NCBI RefSeq assembly: GCF_036321535.1
Contig: NC_087469.1
Coordinates: 13,454,001-13,518,000, forward strand
Reading direction: 5' to 3'
Source of the DNA: Camelus dromedarius
Taxonomy: Eukaryota
Length of the DNA stretch: 64,000 bases
The stretch's first letter is position 1. Each line of letters opens with the position of its first letter. The translations under genes were made by a program, and so were the position numbers. Below are positions 36,836-50,649 of the stretch, one piece after another. Below the pieces are notes generated by a model, which was given only the letters and a program-made list of their open reading frames with translations, was not told where the DNA came from and made no database searches.

Positions 36836-37337
36836 ACCTACAAGTGGTCCTTCACTATAATTACTGCACCCCTCACAGCTCTGTTGTGATCTTGATAGTC
36901 TCAGTATCACAATATAATGGCTTTGGAAAAGAAAAAACCCTTCCCTTGGAAGTTTAAAGATACCTCTCTTCCTGCCCACCAGGATTTTGAATCAATTAAC
37001 ATCTCTTTTCAAACAGAACCTTAACTCGCTCTCTATTTATCAAGCACTTTCAAAATCTGTATCATCAAGATATTCTCTTGTTTGTTGTTCATTTGCCCTC
37101 CCTCTTCTGTCAAATCCTGTTCCTCTAATACATGTAAATTTTACAAAGATTATACTGACTTTCAGAAAATCTTACCGTTTGATAATCTCCAAAAATGCCT
37201 CAAATATTTTCAAGTACAAAATATACATTTTGTAAATAATGATGAATTTTGTCTCTGGAAGAGAGAAGGAAATTACATGGAGCCCATGACAATTTTCCAT
37301 CTGGTTCACTTTTTCTTCCTCCCTGTGAAAATCTTTG

Positions 37338-38273
37338 TCAGGACTGCAGCCTTTCCCCAACCACCCTCCTCAGTGCATTCTTCACATCCTTGTTCCTCAA
37401 GCTGTAAATCAAGGGATTCAGCATGGGGATCACCGTGGTGTAGAACACAGAGGACACTTTCTCCTGCTCCATATTATTGCCAGAAGGGGGCTTGAAATAC
37501 ATGAATGTTATAGACCCCAAAAAGATCCCCACAGCCACAAGGTGGGAGCTACAAGTGCCACAGGCTTTGGATCGTCCCTCAGCAGAGCGAATACGGAGGA
37601 TACTAGAGAGGATGAACACATAAGAGATGAGTACAGCCAGTGTTGGTGCTAAGGTGTTAACTCCCCCAATGATAAACAACAGAATCTCATTAATGTGGGT
37701 GCTGGAGCAAGAGAAGGTCAACAAGGGGAGAATATCACAAAAATAATGACTGACAGTATGAGACCCACAGAAGGACAACATTGACATCCGGGTGTTATGA
37801 ACTGTGGCCCCAAACAACCCCAGTGAATACACCACAGCCGTCATCATGGAACAGACCCTGTGGGACATGATAACATTGTAAAGCAGTGGGCTACAGATCG
37901 CAACATAGCGGTCATATGCCATGGTAGTCAGAAGGTAGCTTTCTGCAATCACAAAAATAAGGAAGAAGTAAAGCTGAGTCATGCATCCCAGAAAGGAGAC
38001 AATGTTCTTCTCTGACACAAAGTTCACCAGCATCTTTGGGGTAGTGACGGAGGAGTAACAGAGATCAATGAATGATAAATGACTGAGAAAATAATACATT
38101 GGGGAGTGAAGCTGAGAACTGTTGGCAATTAAGAGGATCATACCCAGGTTCCCCACCACTGTGACCACATATATTCCCAGGAACAGGAGGAAGAGTGGCA
38201 ACTGAAGCTCTGGGTGCTTTGTCAGTCCTTCAAGGATAAACCCAGGCACTGAGGAATAATTTAAAGTAGACAT
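37338..38273 (-). CDS. OR8D2: Olfactory receptor OR8D2-like, intact 311 aa
   Basis: [16 protein letters not shown]…[24 protein letters not shown]…[18 protein letters not shown] closely matches human OR8D2 as recalled. Acceptor ends at 38291. Confidence 0.93.
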   Translation of the reverse strand: MSTLNYSSVPGFILEGLTKHPELQLPLFLLFLGIYVVTVVGNLGMILLIANSSQLHSPMYYFLSHLSFIDLCYSSVTTPKMLVNFVSEKNIVSFLGCMTQLYFFLIFVIAESYLLTTMAYDRYVAICSPLLYNVIMSHRVCSMMTAVVYSLGLFGATVHNTRMSMLSFCGSHTVSHYFCDILPLLTFSCSSTHINEILLFIIGGVNTLAPTLAVLISYVFILSSILRIRSAEGRSKACGTCSSHLVAVGIFLGSITFMYFKPPSGNNMEQEKVSSVFYTTVIPMLNPLIYSLRNKDVKNALRRVVGERLQS

Positions 38274-41200
38274 TTCTTACAAGATATTATCTGTAGAAAG
38301 AAATAAGAGAAAATAGGTGCGTCAGAGTTATTTCCTGATTCCCAAAGCAGAATGGCATGTCCTGTCCTGATTGGTTCCATCTCTCATCTGTCCCCATGAC
38401 TTGATCCTTCCCAGAGACCTCTTAAAAGCTCAAGGACAAAGACCAGGAGTGTAGCTCAGAGCCTTGGTTCCACCCAATGCTCAATGCTCCTGTATAAGTC
38501 AGAGCCCTTTCACTGCACTCCCAAACTTACGCTGCTGACTACTTCACTTTGGAAAAAAAAGCACAAAATTTCAGGACCTAATTAGTCTTTCATTACCATC
38601 ATGAAACGATGATTCCCCTTCCCCCACCACTTGTCTGAGTATATACCAACAGAACCTTCAAACTGGGTTGAAACATGGTTTCCAATTTTATAAAAATGAA
38701 ATAAAAGTCATCCATTTTAATTCCTCAATCCATCTACATGAGTCAACATAATTAATATTCTTTAAAACTGGGAATTTAGAAACATAAAAGACTTCTTTCA
38801 AGAGACCATGAGTACCAAAAGAAATTAAGAAATGGCTTTAATCAATGCAGACCCTCATTCTCCCATTTCTGTCCTTTGAAGGGAAAACTTTAATAAGCCA
38901 GGAAATTCTTCTTTTCAATGTATATGTGCTTGACAGAAATGTGGTGTCAAAGGTTGTTCTTAGATTCTATTTTAAACCTTTCTTGTTTAAGAAACAGCAA
39001 AGAAGTAAGACTGGGTTTCAAATGTTTTACCTGAACCATCAGTAACTCACTGTTTCCTTCCCTCTTTCCTTCCATCCATCATTAGAGGCCAAATTCTCAC
39101 TGACCTTTCTCCCTCAAAGCTGTTAGATCAGAACCTGCATATTTTCTCTTAGTGCCATGTCTTCTTTTTTTCCCTTAAATAATTTTAACAAACCTGAAGA
39201 TCACAGTGAAGGCAGGATTTTAAAAGAGGAGGGGAGACGGGACAAAGCTGTTAAAGAAAGCTGAGGACAGCAAGAAGAGAAGTTTAACAGCAAAACAAAA
39301 GAAGCCTTCAGAAAACTATTTTAAAAATAGAAGGAAAAAATCCTCAAATTGCATAGTTATCTAGGCCTTCAGAAAATCTGCACTTACGAAAATGCAGATA
39401 CATACACAAAATAGCTCATGGGCAAAAAATGATTGCCCTGAATCACCAAAAGAACATTTATTTATCTTTAGCTCAAAAAGTCAGGGGAGCATGAAATACA
39501 ATATTTAAATTTCCTATCGAAGTAATTCAGAAAATGAAGCACTTTAAATTTACGCAAGAATAAAATGGTATTTACACGTGTGAAATTTCACTGGGAATGA
39601 AATGTTATACCAAACTAAATGAAAGTAAGCAACTTCTACTTACATAGGTAATATGCTTCTCTGTTGGGAGAAAAAGACCCTACTTTGTTTCCTTCCCAAT
39701 TTTTCTCCCCCATCGCTAGTGTCCTACAATGCTACTGTATTTTAAAGTTGTATAATACAACCAACAGAGAGCACAGAAAGGTGCCAGCTCCCACCTTTGG
39801 GAAGCACAATGGAAGTAGCATCATCAGCTACTCCAGGATGTAAGAATACTGCTCACCAAATCCTTCATCAGGTTACCCAGAAAACATCCAGAATTAAAAC
39901 TGTAAATGTGTATACGTGCGTGTGCATATATATGTATATGTCTGTGTGTATGTGTCTGTGTGCCTAGTTAAAATCTTTGAAAAGTTTTGCTTCTTTAAGT
40001 TAACAGAGATATGCAAATCTAAGACAACCCTCCTTGCTTAATGCCTACATTTTTAAACATAAATCTAGGGAAGATATTAATCTGTTATTTTCTCTCCTAG
40101 AAAGATAACCTCCACTAATAACATTTTCCTAAACTAATCTGTTATAGGATCTAGAATACAGAGCTAGGATTATTGAAGAAATCCTATTTTTATTATCTTT
40201 TCTACAGTGTAACTTCATTTGAGAGAAAATAATAAAATTGGTTAGATATCTGAATCTCAAATATCATTGGGAATGGAGCTACATGTCCCTTTGGGTTCTG
40301 ACAGAGTGGGTATTTTTGTCAAGAAAGTTGAATTCAAAAAGTTCAATCTTCTGGGTAGAGAATAAAGTTTGATTTTTCATGGGATTCAAATACTATGAGA
40401 AGGAGATAATCCTCTCCAAAGCAAATGTTACAAAATATCTGTATAAATTACATCAGAAGAAAATCCTTGTTAATTTAAAATCGTATACCCTACGACTGTA
40501 TAATGACACAGAGTCAGAAGAATGGGCAAAAACACTTGTAGAGTCTGTATGACTAGAGCAAGTTATTTACTCTGAATCTTTGTGTCCTTAACCATAAAAA
40601 GAGGAGCTATGAAGATAAAGAGATCTGTCCTGAGCTTTGAAAACTTTAAACCACTATGTAATTACCAGTTGCCATTTTTTATTATTTCTTACATTTTAAA
40701 AATGAGATTACTTTGTATTACGTCAAAGCTCTGAAGCAGCAGGCACCCTTCCCCAGGGGGCGTGGATGGAGAAGTGGATGAGTGTTCTGAGAAAAGCAGT
40801 GTTTGTTTCTGCATCTGTAGCATCAAGAAGAGCACTCTCTTTAACCCCAAAAAGCAAAAAACTTTAAAAGTTCTTAATACAAGAAGCAGAGTGGACAGGA
40901 GATTTCTGAGGTTCCTCCAGTGACTTTGGAAGAATTGTGAGGAGTTTGGTGCATATTAGAAGCTGTGAATGTAGGACGTCAGGATTTAGATTTAAGAATG
41001 AGCTATATTAGCCATCACATCAACTCTGCTTTTGCTCCTAGGAAAAGCAGTTGCAGTGAACTGCCCAGATAAGCACGCAGGAGCAGCAGGAGGATAAGGT
41101 CATGAAATGCTGTTGATATAACCAAGCATGTTGACCTTTCCCCATCTAAATAGTCTCACCAATTTCCTAAACTTTAACAATGATGGTTAACAGCCCAGCA

Positions 41201-41619
41201 GCGTAAGTTTGACAATTTAACTTGCATGTGTCATTTGTGCCTTTGATAGGACACTGTTTAATTAGAAAATTCATCTACACACAAAAGATCTTTCGGTTAA
41301 GCCAGTGACAGTTAAGCCAGTAACAGAATTCAGGACAAGAGGGATTTAAAATATTGGGCTCTGTGGAAATTGTTTGGCTCACTGGAGCATCTGATAGGAA
41401 ATACTGAAACTGAAATGCAGATAACCGGAAATCAAATCAAGGAAATTGTCACCCAGTGTACAGACTGACAAAAAGCAACTACATAATTACATGTAGAGTT
41501 CAGGATTACCCTTCTCCAGGCAAAGTTTTCAGAGCAGTTGGCCTGTCTTACAATGTATGTTTTTTTGCAGTCATTTAAAAATTAAATGAATACAATCACA
41601 AAAAATAAATGAATACGAT

Positions 41620-41830
41620 AGCATAGTGATTAGAGCTTTAACGCGTCTCTGCGTCCAGTCTTCCCAGAATCATCTCTTGGCTTTGCCACTTAGAGTTGTG
41701 TGACTTTGAGCAAGTTATATTACCTATGACTCACTGTCCTCATCTGTAAAAACCCATCTCATAGGAATTTTTTTGAGTTAATAGAGGTTTTTAAGAAACC
41801 CAGTAAACATTAAGCACTATATAACCCATT
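41620..41830 (+). mobile_element. MIR
   Basis: gcatagtgattagagc…tgtgtgactttgagcaagttat…gactcactgtcctcatctgtaaaa. Confidence 0.75.
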
Positions 41831-42679
41831 GATATTATTAATCTAATATCATGAAGAAATGATTAATTATAGCATTTAAAATAGAATCAGTCCAAACAGC
41901 ATGCAGAATTTTTTCTCTGCTGAGAAGCTGATATCTACTTACCTGAAGACATTTATTTACCTTCAAAAACTGGATCCTGATATTATTTGCAAATGTTAAG
42001 ATGGGGCTTAAAATATATAACAACTAATTCCCAAACGTTTACAAATCTCTCAAGATTTGGCTCTGGGTGCATTACACAATCAATTTTTTAAAAAAAAGCA
42101 AATTAGGTCTCAAAAAGATCTCATCACCCAAGGGATTGGTCTCTATTAGTAAAACTCAGTAATAAAATACACTGTCTTCTGTAACACCTTAGAATTTACA
42201 AAGTGTTGTGCCAAGCCTTTTACCTAGCAATATTTTTTGTCTGAATCTCTACTCTAGTTATCTTCCGACAGCCACACAGAGATTTGCTGTCTGGGAAAGC
42301 TACTGTATTTTTTCCATTTAATAGTCTGTCATAAAATCAATAAGGGAACACAAGGTCTCAAATATAGTTGTTTCTGGAATAAATTTAATTAAAATATTCT
42401 TTCGTGTAATGAATGACTTCAGTAATTTAATTAGTTTAGGCCACTTGTTCAAATTCCAACTTGCTACTTTGTGACATAATGCCAATAATTTAAGTATTTC
42501 CGTGGTACACAATGGAAATAAATTTCTGATGCTTCCAAACACGTGAGATTGCCCTATTAATATTTCTTTCTCATACTATCCTCTTTGGAGTTGAAATCTC
42601 AATATTATTGTAACAATAAAAGGGAGCCATCTCTCTATTTCTGCTCCACAAAAATGTTCACATAAGTCATAGATAATCT

Positions 42680-44070
42680 ATGTTTGAAGTTATGTTAGAA
42701 TTTACATGTAAAACCATCTTAGTATTTGGGGGGAAATAAGGTTTCAAACTACTGATTAAATTTCTTTGTTGTTTAAAGGTTTATTCAGACCATTTTTTAA
42801 ATGAGTTTTAAAAAAATATTTTTGATAAGTTGTGTTTTTACACAAAGTTACCCATTGCATCTAAGTTTTCAAGTTTATGTAAAATTATTCGTGATATCCT
42901 CGGCATGTATTTTACTATATCTGACATTTTCAGTTATGTCTCCATTTTTCACTCCTAATATTTATTTGCATCTTCTCATTTATTGCTTGATTGACCTTTC
43001 CAGAATTTTTTTCTATTTTATCAGCCATTTAAATAGCCAGCTTTTGCTTTTGTCGCTGTTCTCATTTTGTGTATTGTGCTACTCCCTTTTCTAATATTTA
43101 TTAAGTATTACATTATTGTTATATTATTAGTATTGTATTTTTACTGAAGTATTGTTATTCTTTACCTTGATGTTGCCATTCTAACCTTAGTGCATTAATT
43201 TCAAAATGGCATTTTAAAACAAGATTAATTTAAGGACATAATGTCCCTCTAACTCTAGCAGTTATCTTAAATGTTTCAATATATGTGTTTTAATTGTCCC
43301 TCAGTTCTAAATATTTTATCATTTTAACTTCTCATTTTTTTGCCCTATGAAATATTTGGAAGCGTTTCATATGTTCTCAAATGTAAGCACGGTAAATATC
43401 TTTTTGTTTTTTATTTCTAATTTTACATTTTAATCAGAGAATGTGGTCTTCATGATATCAGCTTGTTTGTATTTGAGACTGAATCTGAGGACCTTTCCTA
43501 AATTTTAAAATATTGAGATGAAAATTCTACATTTGCTTAAAAAGATAATGTATGCTCCATCGTTGACTACAAAGTCCTACGCATAGTATCTACAGATCCA
43601 GGTTATTAATTTTTTTTGCTCAAATTGTCTATTTTCCCTTTTAGACTTCAGTTGATCTGTCAATATCTGAGAGAGGCATATTAAAATCTCACAATATGAA
43701 TCTGGATTTGTTGATTTCCTCTTGCAATCATCTTATGTTTTGTATGATATATTTTGAGGCTACACTGCTAAGTGTGTGCAAGTTGAAAACTGTTATACCC
43801 TGTTATTTTGTTATTATGCAATGGCTTCCTTATCTCTAATAATCATATTTAAAGTCTATTTTGCTTGTGTTAATTTAGTTACGCCAGGTGCTTTGTTAGA
43901 TTTTCCGCCTAGTACTTCATTTTCAGTCCTTTATTTTTCTTTGTCCTTCAGTTTTATCATTGTCCCTTGTAAACAACTATTATTGGGGTAAGGGCTGAGA
44001 GTTGTATATGTTTCTCCCCCTTCTCATCTGAAAGTCTCACACTTTCTTTGAGGAAAGACTCTTTTCTTTG
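42680..44070 (-). mobile_element. Old L1M ORF2 fragment
   Basis: gtaaaaccatct…, gatatattttgaggctacactgctaagtg… and similar; degenerate, boundaries approximate. Confidence 0.7.
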
Positions 44071-44411
44071 GGCATCTTCGTACTAACCAAAGCTCCCTAT
44101 TCTGAATAAAATGTGACCATAAAGCTTCAAGTGGACGTTAATATTTTTTCTCTTGGAACTTGAGTAAAGACAGAGAAGCAGAAAAAGGACCTGCCAATCC
44201 ATGACTTATGTGACCAGTGTGTTCAATTCCCAACCCCTGCTCAAAAACAAGTGGCCATGATTGAGAGATGTTCTCTCCTTTCCTCAAATCTTGCCACAAT
44301 TTGTTTTCTAAACAGATCAGAAGGATATAAATCCTTAATGTAAAGGCAATGAACAACTGCATTTCTGAACAACAGAACTCAGGTATGTGTCCTAGCAAAT
44401 CCCACAATGGG

Positions 44412-45030
44412 ACAGTATGTGTGTAATATAAAGAGAAGTGCAGTAATCTGAGATTTACCCTGTTTGGAGTATCAAATGTCCTATCAGTGACTTACAGGAA
44501 AAACGTTCACTCTGAGATTTGCGAGTTCATAAATTGTCTACACCGTCAATAGCATAGCTCTCGGTAAAGAAAAGAATTTGGGAACACTAGGTCTTGAGGG
44601 GAAAGTCTTCTTACAATGTCAACTGTCCTAAAGTAAGGCTTTCTTCTGTATGAGAACTACAACAGTGTGTGAAAACTGAACTGTGTTAATTCTCCCTATG
44701 AATTATGGGATGTGAATTAAGGGACAGTTATGTGGTCTAAAAGAGTCCCTGTCAGTGAAGGGAATTATCCTCTTGGAACTTGTTTCAGCTATATTCTAAG
44801 TAAATAGCTCCCTCTGATGGGGACTTTTGTCTTAGACAATATTTGAATTAATTTAAAAGAAAAAAGAAATTGCTCTAAGAAATATTCCAAGAAGTATATT
44901 TTTTAAAATCAAGTAAAGATTCTTGATATATAACTCTTGTTGTTAAAACTGCAAAAATATAATAAGTTTTAATAAGGTGGAAGAAAAGCTGGGTAATTAC
45001 TTTGCACTTTTCTTTCATTTGCCTTTATCT
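44412..45030 (+). repeat. Low-copy duplicated block, copy 2 (paralog of 1441-2063)
   Basis: See 1441-2063. It abuts an L1 ORF1 fragment at 45031. Confidence 0.92.
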
Positions 45031-46225
45031 TCAAAGAAGCCAAAAGAAAAAAGTTTTTTTTTTACCTATAGGGAACAGAGATAAGAATTTCAGCAGAACT
45101 CTCATCAGAAACCATACAATCAAGAAAAAGAGTAAATGAAATACTTAAAGTGTTGAAATAAAAAATATCACCAACCTGGAATTCTGTATCCAATAAAATT
45201 ACCCTTCAAACTGAAGGTGAAATAATGACTTTCTTAGAAAAACAAAGTCTGAGAGAATTTGTTGCCAGCAGACCTGACTTTCAAAAAATACTAAAAGAAG
45301 TTCTTCAGGCAAAAGGAAACTAATACAGGTCAGAAGCTTGAATTGACAAAAGGAAAAAAAGACATCAGAGAATGAATGAATGGAGGTAAAATAAAATATT
45401 TTCTTTTCTTTATTCTTAATTTTCTTAGAGATAGCTGTGTATTTAAAATAATAATAGTGACAATGCATTGATGTGTATAACACGGATCAATGAAATAAGT
45501 AATAGCAATGTTATGAGGACAGGAGGGAAGAAATATAAATATTCTGAGGTACTTACACTACATACGAAGTGGTACAGCGTTATCTGAAGATGGGTTTAGA
45601 TTAATTTAAAACGTGTATTATAAACTATAAGGCAACTGAATAAATTTTTTTAAAGTATAATTAAAATGCTAAGAGAGAAACTAAATAGAATAATATAAAA
45701 TGCTCAATTAAATATGGAGAATAAAAAAGGAAGAGAAGACACAAAAGAAAAAGGAACATCTGTACAAGCAGAAAGCAGCTCTATACAAGATAGATGTTAA
45801 TCCAACTGTATCATTTTAATCATTTTAAACGTGAATGGTCTAGATCCATCAATAAAAGACAGATTTTCAGAGTGGGTAATAAAACAAGCCCAGCTATAAA
45901 CTGTCTAGAAGAAATTCATTTTAAATATAAAACCTTATGTTAAAAGTAAATAAATACCATGACAACACTCAAAAGCAAGCTGGAGTCACTATATTGATTT
46001 CAGAAAGTAGATATAAGCACAAGGAAGCTTACCAGGAACATTTAATCTTTAATTAAAGAGAGGCAGCACAGAATGATAAGGATCAAGCAGGCAAAAAAAT
46101 CAGTTAAGGATAATATTGTCTGAACAGCACGTCAACTTGGTCTAATTGAAATGTATAGAACTGGGAGACGGACTAGCATCCGACAACAGCAGTATATACA
46201 TCTTCCTCAAGCTCACACACAACAA
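45031..46225 (+). mobile_element. Old L1M ORF1 C-terminus, spacer and ORF2 endonuclease fragment
   Basis: gagataagaatttcagcagaactctcatcagaaacc…caacctggaattctgtatcc…gagaatttgttgccagcagacctg. Confidence 0.8.
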
Positions 46226-46786
46226 GGGATGGATTTCTAGCTCTCCTCACCCAAAGTGCGTATGAAACTAGCAGTCCAGATGCCGGGGGTCAGTTAAGAA
46301 CAAAGGAAAAGGGGCAGGCAGCTTGCTGCAGCCAACACAGCTCTGCGACTGGCTTCCCCTGAGGCTTCCCCACCAGGAGGGAGGGAGAGGAGTGGAGCTG
46401 GCCTTCTGTGTTCTGGCCTTTCCAAGACTTGTCCTATAACCGGGGTTCCTGTAAAATGTGCTCATAAAGCCCGACCTCTGCACACACGTAAACATATTCA
46501 CTCCCTGACTTCTTGATGAATATTATTTTTGATAGAGTCTCGAAATTCAGAGTGAACTAAGAAGATGATTCAAATAAAGAGATTAGTTTTTCAGTAAAAA
46601 TAAGCTTGACAGGTATGCCTTTTTGACTATCAAATTTGATATGAGTATATTCAGCATTATATGAGATGGTTACACCATGAATTTCAACTCTTTAAAAAAT
46701 GCTGCATAGTCTTTAGTAAATAGTTCATTATTATTAAATTTCATGTATTTAGTAGATATTTTATGCATTGGTTTTCTAGGGCGACT

Positions 46787-47222
46787 TAGGTAGCTTAAAG
46801 ATCAGAAATTCACTTTCTCACAGTTGAGAAGCCTCAAGTCCAAGATTAAGGTGTTCTCAGGCTTGGTTTCTCCTGAGGCAATACTCCTTGGTTTGCAGAT
46901 AGCCACCCACTCCCTGTGTCCTCACATGGTCCTTCCTCTGTGTGGACACACTCATGCCCCTGGTGTCTCGCTGTGTGTCCAATTCTCCTCTTCTCAGCTG
47001 AAACGTCTACTCCGAAAAGCCTTCCCTGACCCCCTGTCTTTGTCCATTTGCTCACCGTGCCTCCTCCTCCTGCCCACTTGCACCCCAACTCCTCTTTCCC
47101 ATAGACAGTTAGCACTACGAGAGCACAGACATTGTCTGTCTTGTTCACCGTTGTATCTCTGAAGTTTAAAAGCCAAGCGTGATACAGGATAGGTGTTCAG
47201 TTTCTATCTGTTGAGTAAATAA
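46787..47222. mobile_element. MLT1 LTR fragment (minus, about 46787-47002) followed by an L2 3' end (plus)
   Basis: ctcacagttgagaagcctcaagtccaagattaaggtg…ctgtgtcctcacatgg; L2 tail …gtctgtcttgttcaccgttgtatct…tatctgttgagtaaataaa. Confidence 0.75.
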
Positions 47223-48111
47223 ACTACAACATTTGTACCATGTAACCTCTGGGACAAAGGGGAAAATGAAAATAGTAAGGGAACGTGCTGATTGCTAATG
47301 AATTAGAGTTTTCAAAGTCTATTTGAGGAAAGGACAAAAATTCCTCTACTCATAATTGGTAAACATTTCCAGTAAAATTCTTCCCAGTGAAGACATAGCA
47401 TATCCTATTGCCCACATTTCTTGCCCTTAAGTCTCAAGAGGTAAAACCCAGTGTTGCTTCCTTTATTCCTGACTGCTCTAAACTGTTATTTTAGTCTTCT
47501 CAGGGACTGGGATCAGAAGAAAATCTCCCTTTACCACATTCCCTTGAGACTAAAGTGAGAAGAGATCAGAGGCCAGGGTGAGAGGTGCATCTCCCTATAC
47601 TTTTCCACTTTTGGGGAAACAAAGAAATCTCCCAGACAAAAGCCCCACCAGCACTCGAAAAGACCATCCTCAATGCTCAAACTCAACAGTCTTTCAAAAG
47701 ATGTTTGTTAAATAAATGAGTCAATGACTGAATCTGAAGTCCACCAAAGTCCATATCTCCATGACAAAGCGTCACAGGAATTCTGGACATGACTCAGTCA
47801 AAATTCTCACAATCTTATCATTCCTGGACTCATCCCCATTCAACTTTTTCTACTTAAAACCTTATAATCTCTGAAAATAAGCTGGAGAATGATGGAATGA
47901 ACTGCGTTCCCTACTTTCTATGAAAGGATGAAGGGCTGATCTTCCTCCTTCTTATAGCATTTTTTCCTTGTGAAGTGATTTATACAATGAACTTAATTTA
48001 CTCTCTTATTTAAATCATTTGCATTTCTTTTCTGATTTCTTACTACTTTCTCCATAGCTTTATTCATCATGTGCCCTTATGAGGATTTGGCATCACTAAC
48101 ACAGATTCCAT

Positions 48112-49044
48112 TTAGCAGAACAACTTTTTCCTCAAAGTCTTACTCAGGGCAACTTGGACATCTTTGTTTCTCAAACTGTAGATGAAAGGATTCATCATTG
48201 GCCCCACAATGGTGTAAAACACTGTGGTCACTTTATCTTGATCCAGAGACCCGGCAGGAAAAGGCTTAAGATACATGAATGCTGATGATCCAAAGAAAAG
48301 AGAAACCACAATGATGTGGGAGCTGCAGGTACTGAAGGCTTTGGACCTGCCCTCTGTAGAACGGATGCGGAGGATGCTGGAGAGGATCAAGGTGTAAGAA
48401 ATGGAGATGGTGAGACTGGGCACTATGACATTAATGCCCACCACGATGAACACCACCAGCTCATTGATGTAGGTGCTGGTGCAGGAGAGCCGAAGGAGAG
48501 GAGGTATGTCACACATGTAATGATTGATGACGTTGCCATCACAGAAGGACAGTCTCAGCATGCATCCAGTGTGGGCCATGGCGCCCACAAGCCCCATCGC
48601 ATATGAACCCACAGTCAGCAGGAGGCAGACCTGATGGGACATGGTGACCTTGTAAAGCAGGGGCTTACAGATGGCCACATATCGGTCATAAGCCATTGAT
48701 GTCAAAATGCAGCACTCATCAATAACAAAGAAGGAGAAGAAATAGAGCTGAGCCATGCACCCTGCATAAGAGATTACGTGCTGGTTTGCAAAACTCATCA
48801 GCATTTTGGGAGTTATGACAGAAGAGTAGCAGAGGTCAATGGAGGAAAGATTGAAAAGAAAGTAATACATGGGAGTGTGCAGGTGAGGATTCAGACCGAT
48901 CAGAATAATCAAGCCAATGTTTCCCACCACAGTGACCATATATATTCCCAAGAAAATGAAAAAGAGGGGCAGCTGGAGTTCTGGCTCTTGTGTTAAACCC
49001 AGCAGGATAAACTCAGTCAGTGAAGAGTCATTCCCTAAGGCCAT
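48112..49044 (-). CDS. Olfactory receptor, family 8 subfamily B-like, intact 310 aa
   Basis: All canonical OR motifs; NDS glycosylation site; acceptor (ctttgtcctgttcccacag) ends at 49062. Confidence 0.97.
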   Translation of the reverse strand: MALGNDSSLTEFILLGLTQEPELQLPLFFIFLGIYMVTVVGNIGLIILIGLNPHLHTPMYYFLFNLSSIDLCYSSVITPKMLMSFANQHVISYAGCMAQLYFFSFFVIDECCILTSMAYDRYVAICKPLLYKVTMSHQVCLLLTVGSYAMGLVGAMAHTGCMLRLSFCDGNVINHYMCDIPPLLRLSCTSTYINELVVFIVVGINVIVPSLTISISYTLILSSILRIRSTEGRSKAFSTCSSHIIVVSLFFGSSAFMYLKPFPAGSLDQDKVTTVFYTIVGPMMNPFIYSLRNKDVQVALSKTLRKKLFC

Positions 49045-49520
49045 TCTTTCCTAGGACGTATCTGTGGGAACAGGACAAAGGGTAACATTAAAATGTATCA
49101 AAAACACTAACAGGCAAGTTCTGTAGGGACAAGATTCAGTAACTCTGCGACCACTCATAACTACAGCATCTCTGCTCCACTTCTGCTTCGACAGTTTTCC
49201 AGGCTCACCGAATGATCAACAGTCATCTCAGCAGAAAGAAGACATGTCACTTCAAGGAGTGCTTGGCTTCCATAAATGAGGTTTAGAAGAATAACAGGAC
49301 AGATTAAATTCAACACTTACCCTTTTGCATGGGGACCTCAATCCTGCTGGGTTAACTGAGCTCAAAGAAAATAATTTCCATCCTCCCTGAATGTCACACA
49401 GAGGTCTTCCACGGGCTCTCAAAAAGTCCCTCTCTGCTAAATGCTGCAGAGACTCAGATCAAAACTCAGATCTGGATCAGTACTGAAAGCTTTCAAATGC
49501 CAAAACTGAGGTTAGCTTAC

Positions 49521-49900
49521 CTCATTAACTCTCCTCCACTATTCACACAGACAGGCAAGTGACTGATGAATTTTAGGGGTGAACAATCCAAAACAGAGGT
49601 TTTTGTTATTGTTTGTGTTTTGAATGACTAAGGGAGCCAGAGCACAGACTTCAGTATCCCAGGCTCCGGGATGCCATGAGTTACAGATCATGATTTCTGA
49701 TGGTGGCTATGCCCACAGTGTCCTCTCCAGTCTAGGGGGTAGTAAATACCCTCTACTGGTGCCAAGAGAGCCACCCGCTAATATGACCCATGGGTTTTTA
49801 TGAGTTGGGAAAGCCTAGAGACCTGATTAAAAGCGCGAAAACATATGTTTTCTTACTACCTTCCCCAGAGATCAGGTTTTGAGGCAAGAAGAAATTACCC
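49521..49900 (-). promoter_or_regulatory. Candidate 5' non-coding exon and promoter of the OR at 48112-49044
   Basis: Donor GAG|GTAAGC at 49520 (minus); TAAT at 49779-82 next to CCCATGGG at 49787-94; TCCCCAGAGA at 49862-71. Motif match only. Confidence 0.38.
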
Positions 49901-50649
49901 ACTTTTCCTATTCAGCTCAGATCATGATAACAACATGGACTTATTGAGGTGTACCATTTTACATACATTTTAATTTCCTACCAAATAAGGCACATCCCCA
50001 AATAGAAAAGCAGGATGATCTTTCCTGCATCCACATAGTTTCTTCCTAGCATCTACTATTGTATTAAATACTATACATTTATTTGTTTATTGCATGTTCC
50101 TACTACACATAAACACACATTTATGCACCCACATATATTTGAATCTAAGCTTTAAAGAGACAATCTTGTCTCTTTTCTTCAGTGCAATTTCTGTAGCACC
50201 TTAGAGCAATGCTTGGCATATATTAGATACCAAATAAATATCTGCATAATAAAAGAATAAAGGAATGAGGAATTAAGCAATGAGGATCCCTTTTCTATCT
50301 TTCTTGGAACCCATACTGGATACTACAACAATACTCTCGCCCTACAGGCAAAGGCTTATGCAGTGCCAACATTCTTCTTTGTAGACCTGAGAATGGGATG
50401 AGGAGAACATCACTAAGGCACGTAAAGGTCACTGATAAACTCTGAGATGCCATCTAAGAGCGATTCAGATCAGTTACTGAGCTCAGAGAAAAGAAGTTAA
50501 TTTCCATCGTCCCTGAATTTCACACAGAGGATTTCCACAGGCTCTCAAAAAGGTCCCAATGCCTCTTCCTGCAGGACTACAGCATAGACTCAGATAAAAA
50601 GACAGATTTGGATCAGTATAGGAAGCTCTCAAATGCCAAAATCAAGGTC

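Noticed and set aside
7923-50490. Recurrent AGCTCAG/AGCTCAA motif upstream of several ORs (about 7923, 8698, 20600, 38455, 49360, 50480)
   Set aside because: A 7-mer is expected several times by chance, its spacing is inconsistent, and it may only reflect shared ancestry.
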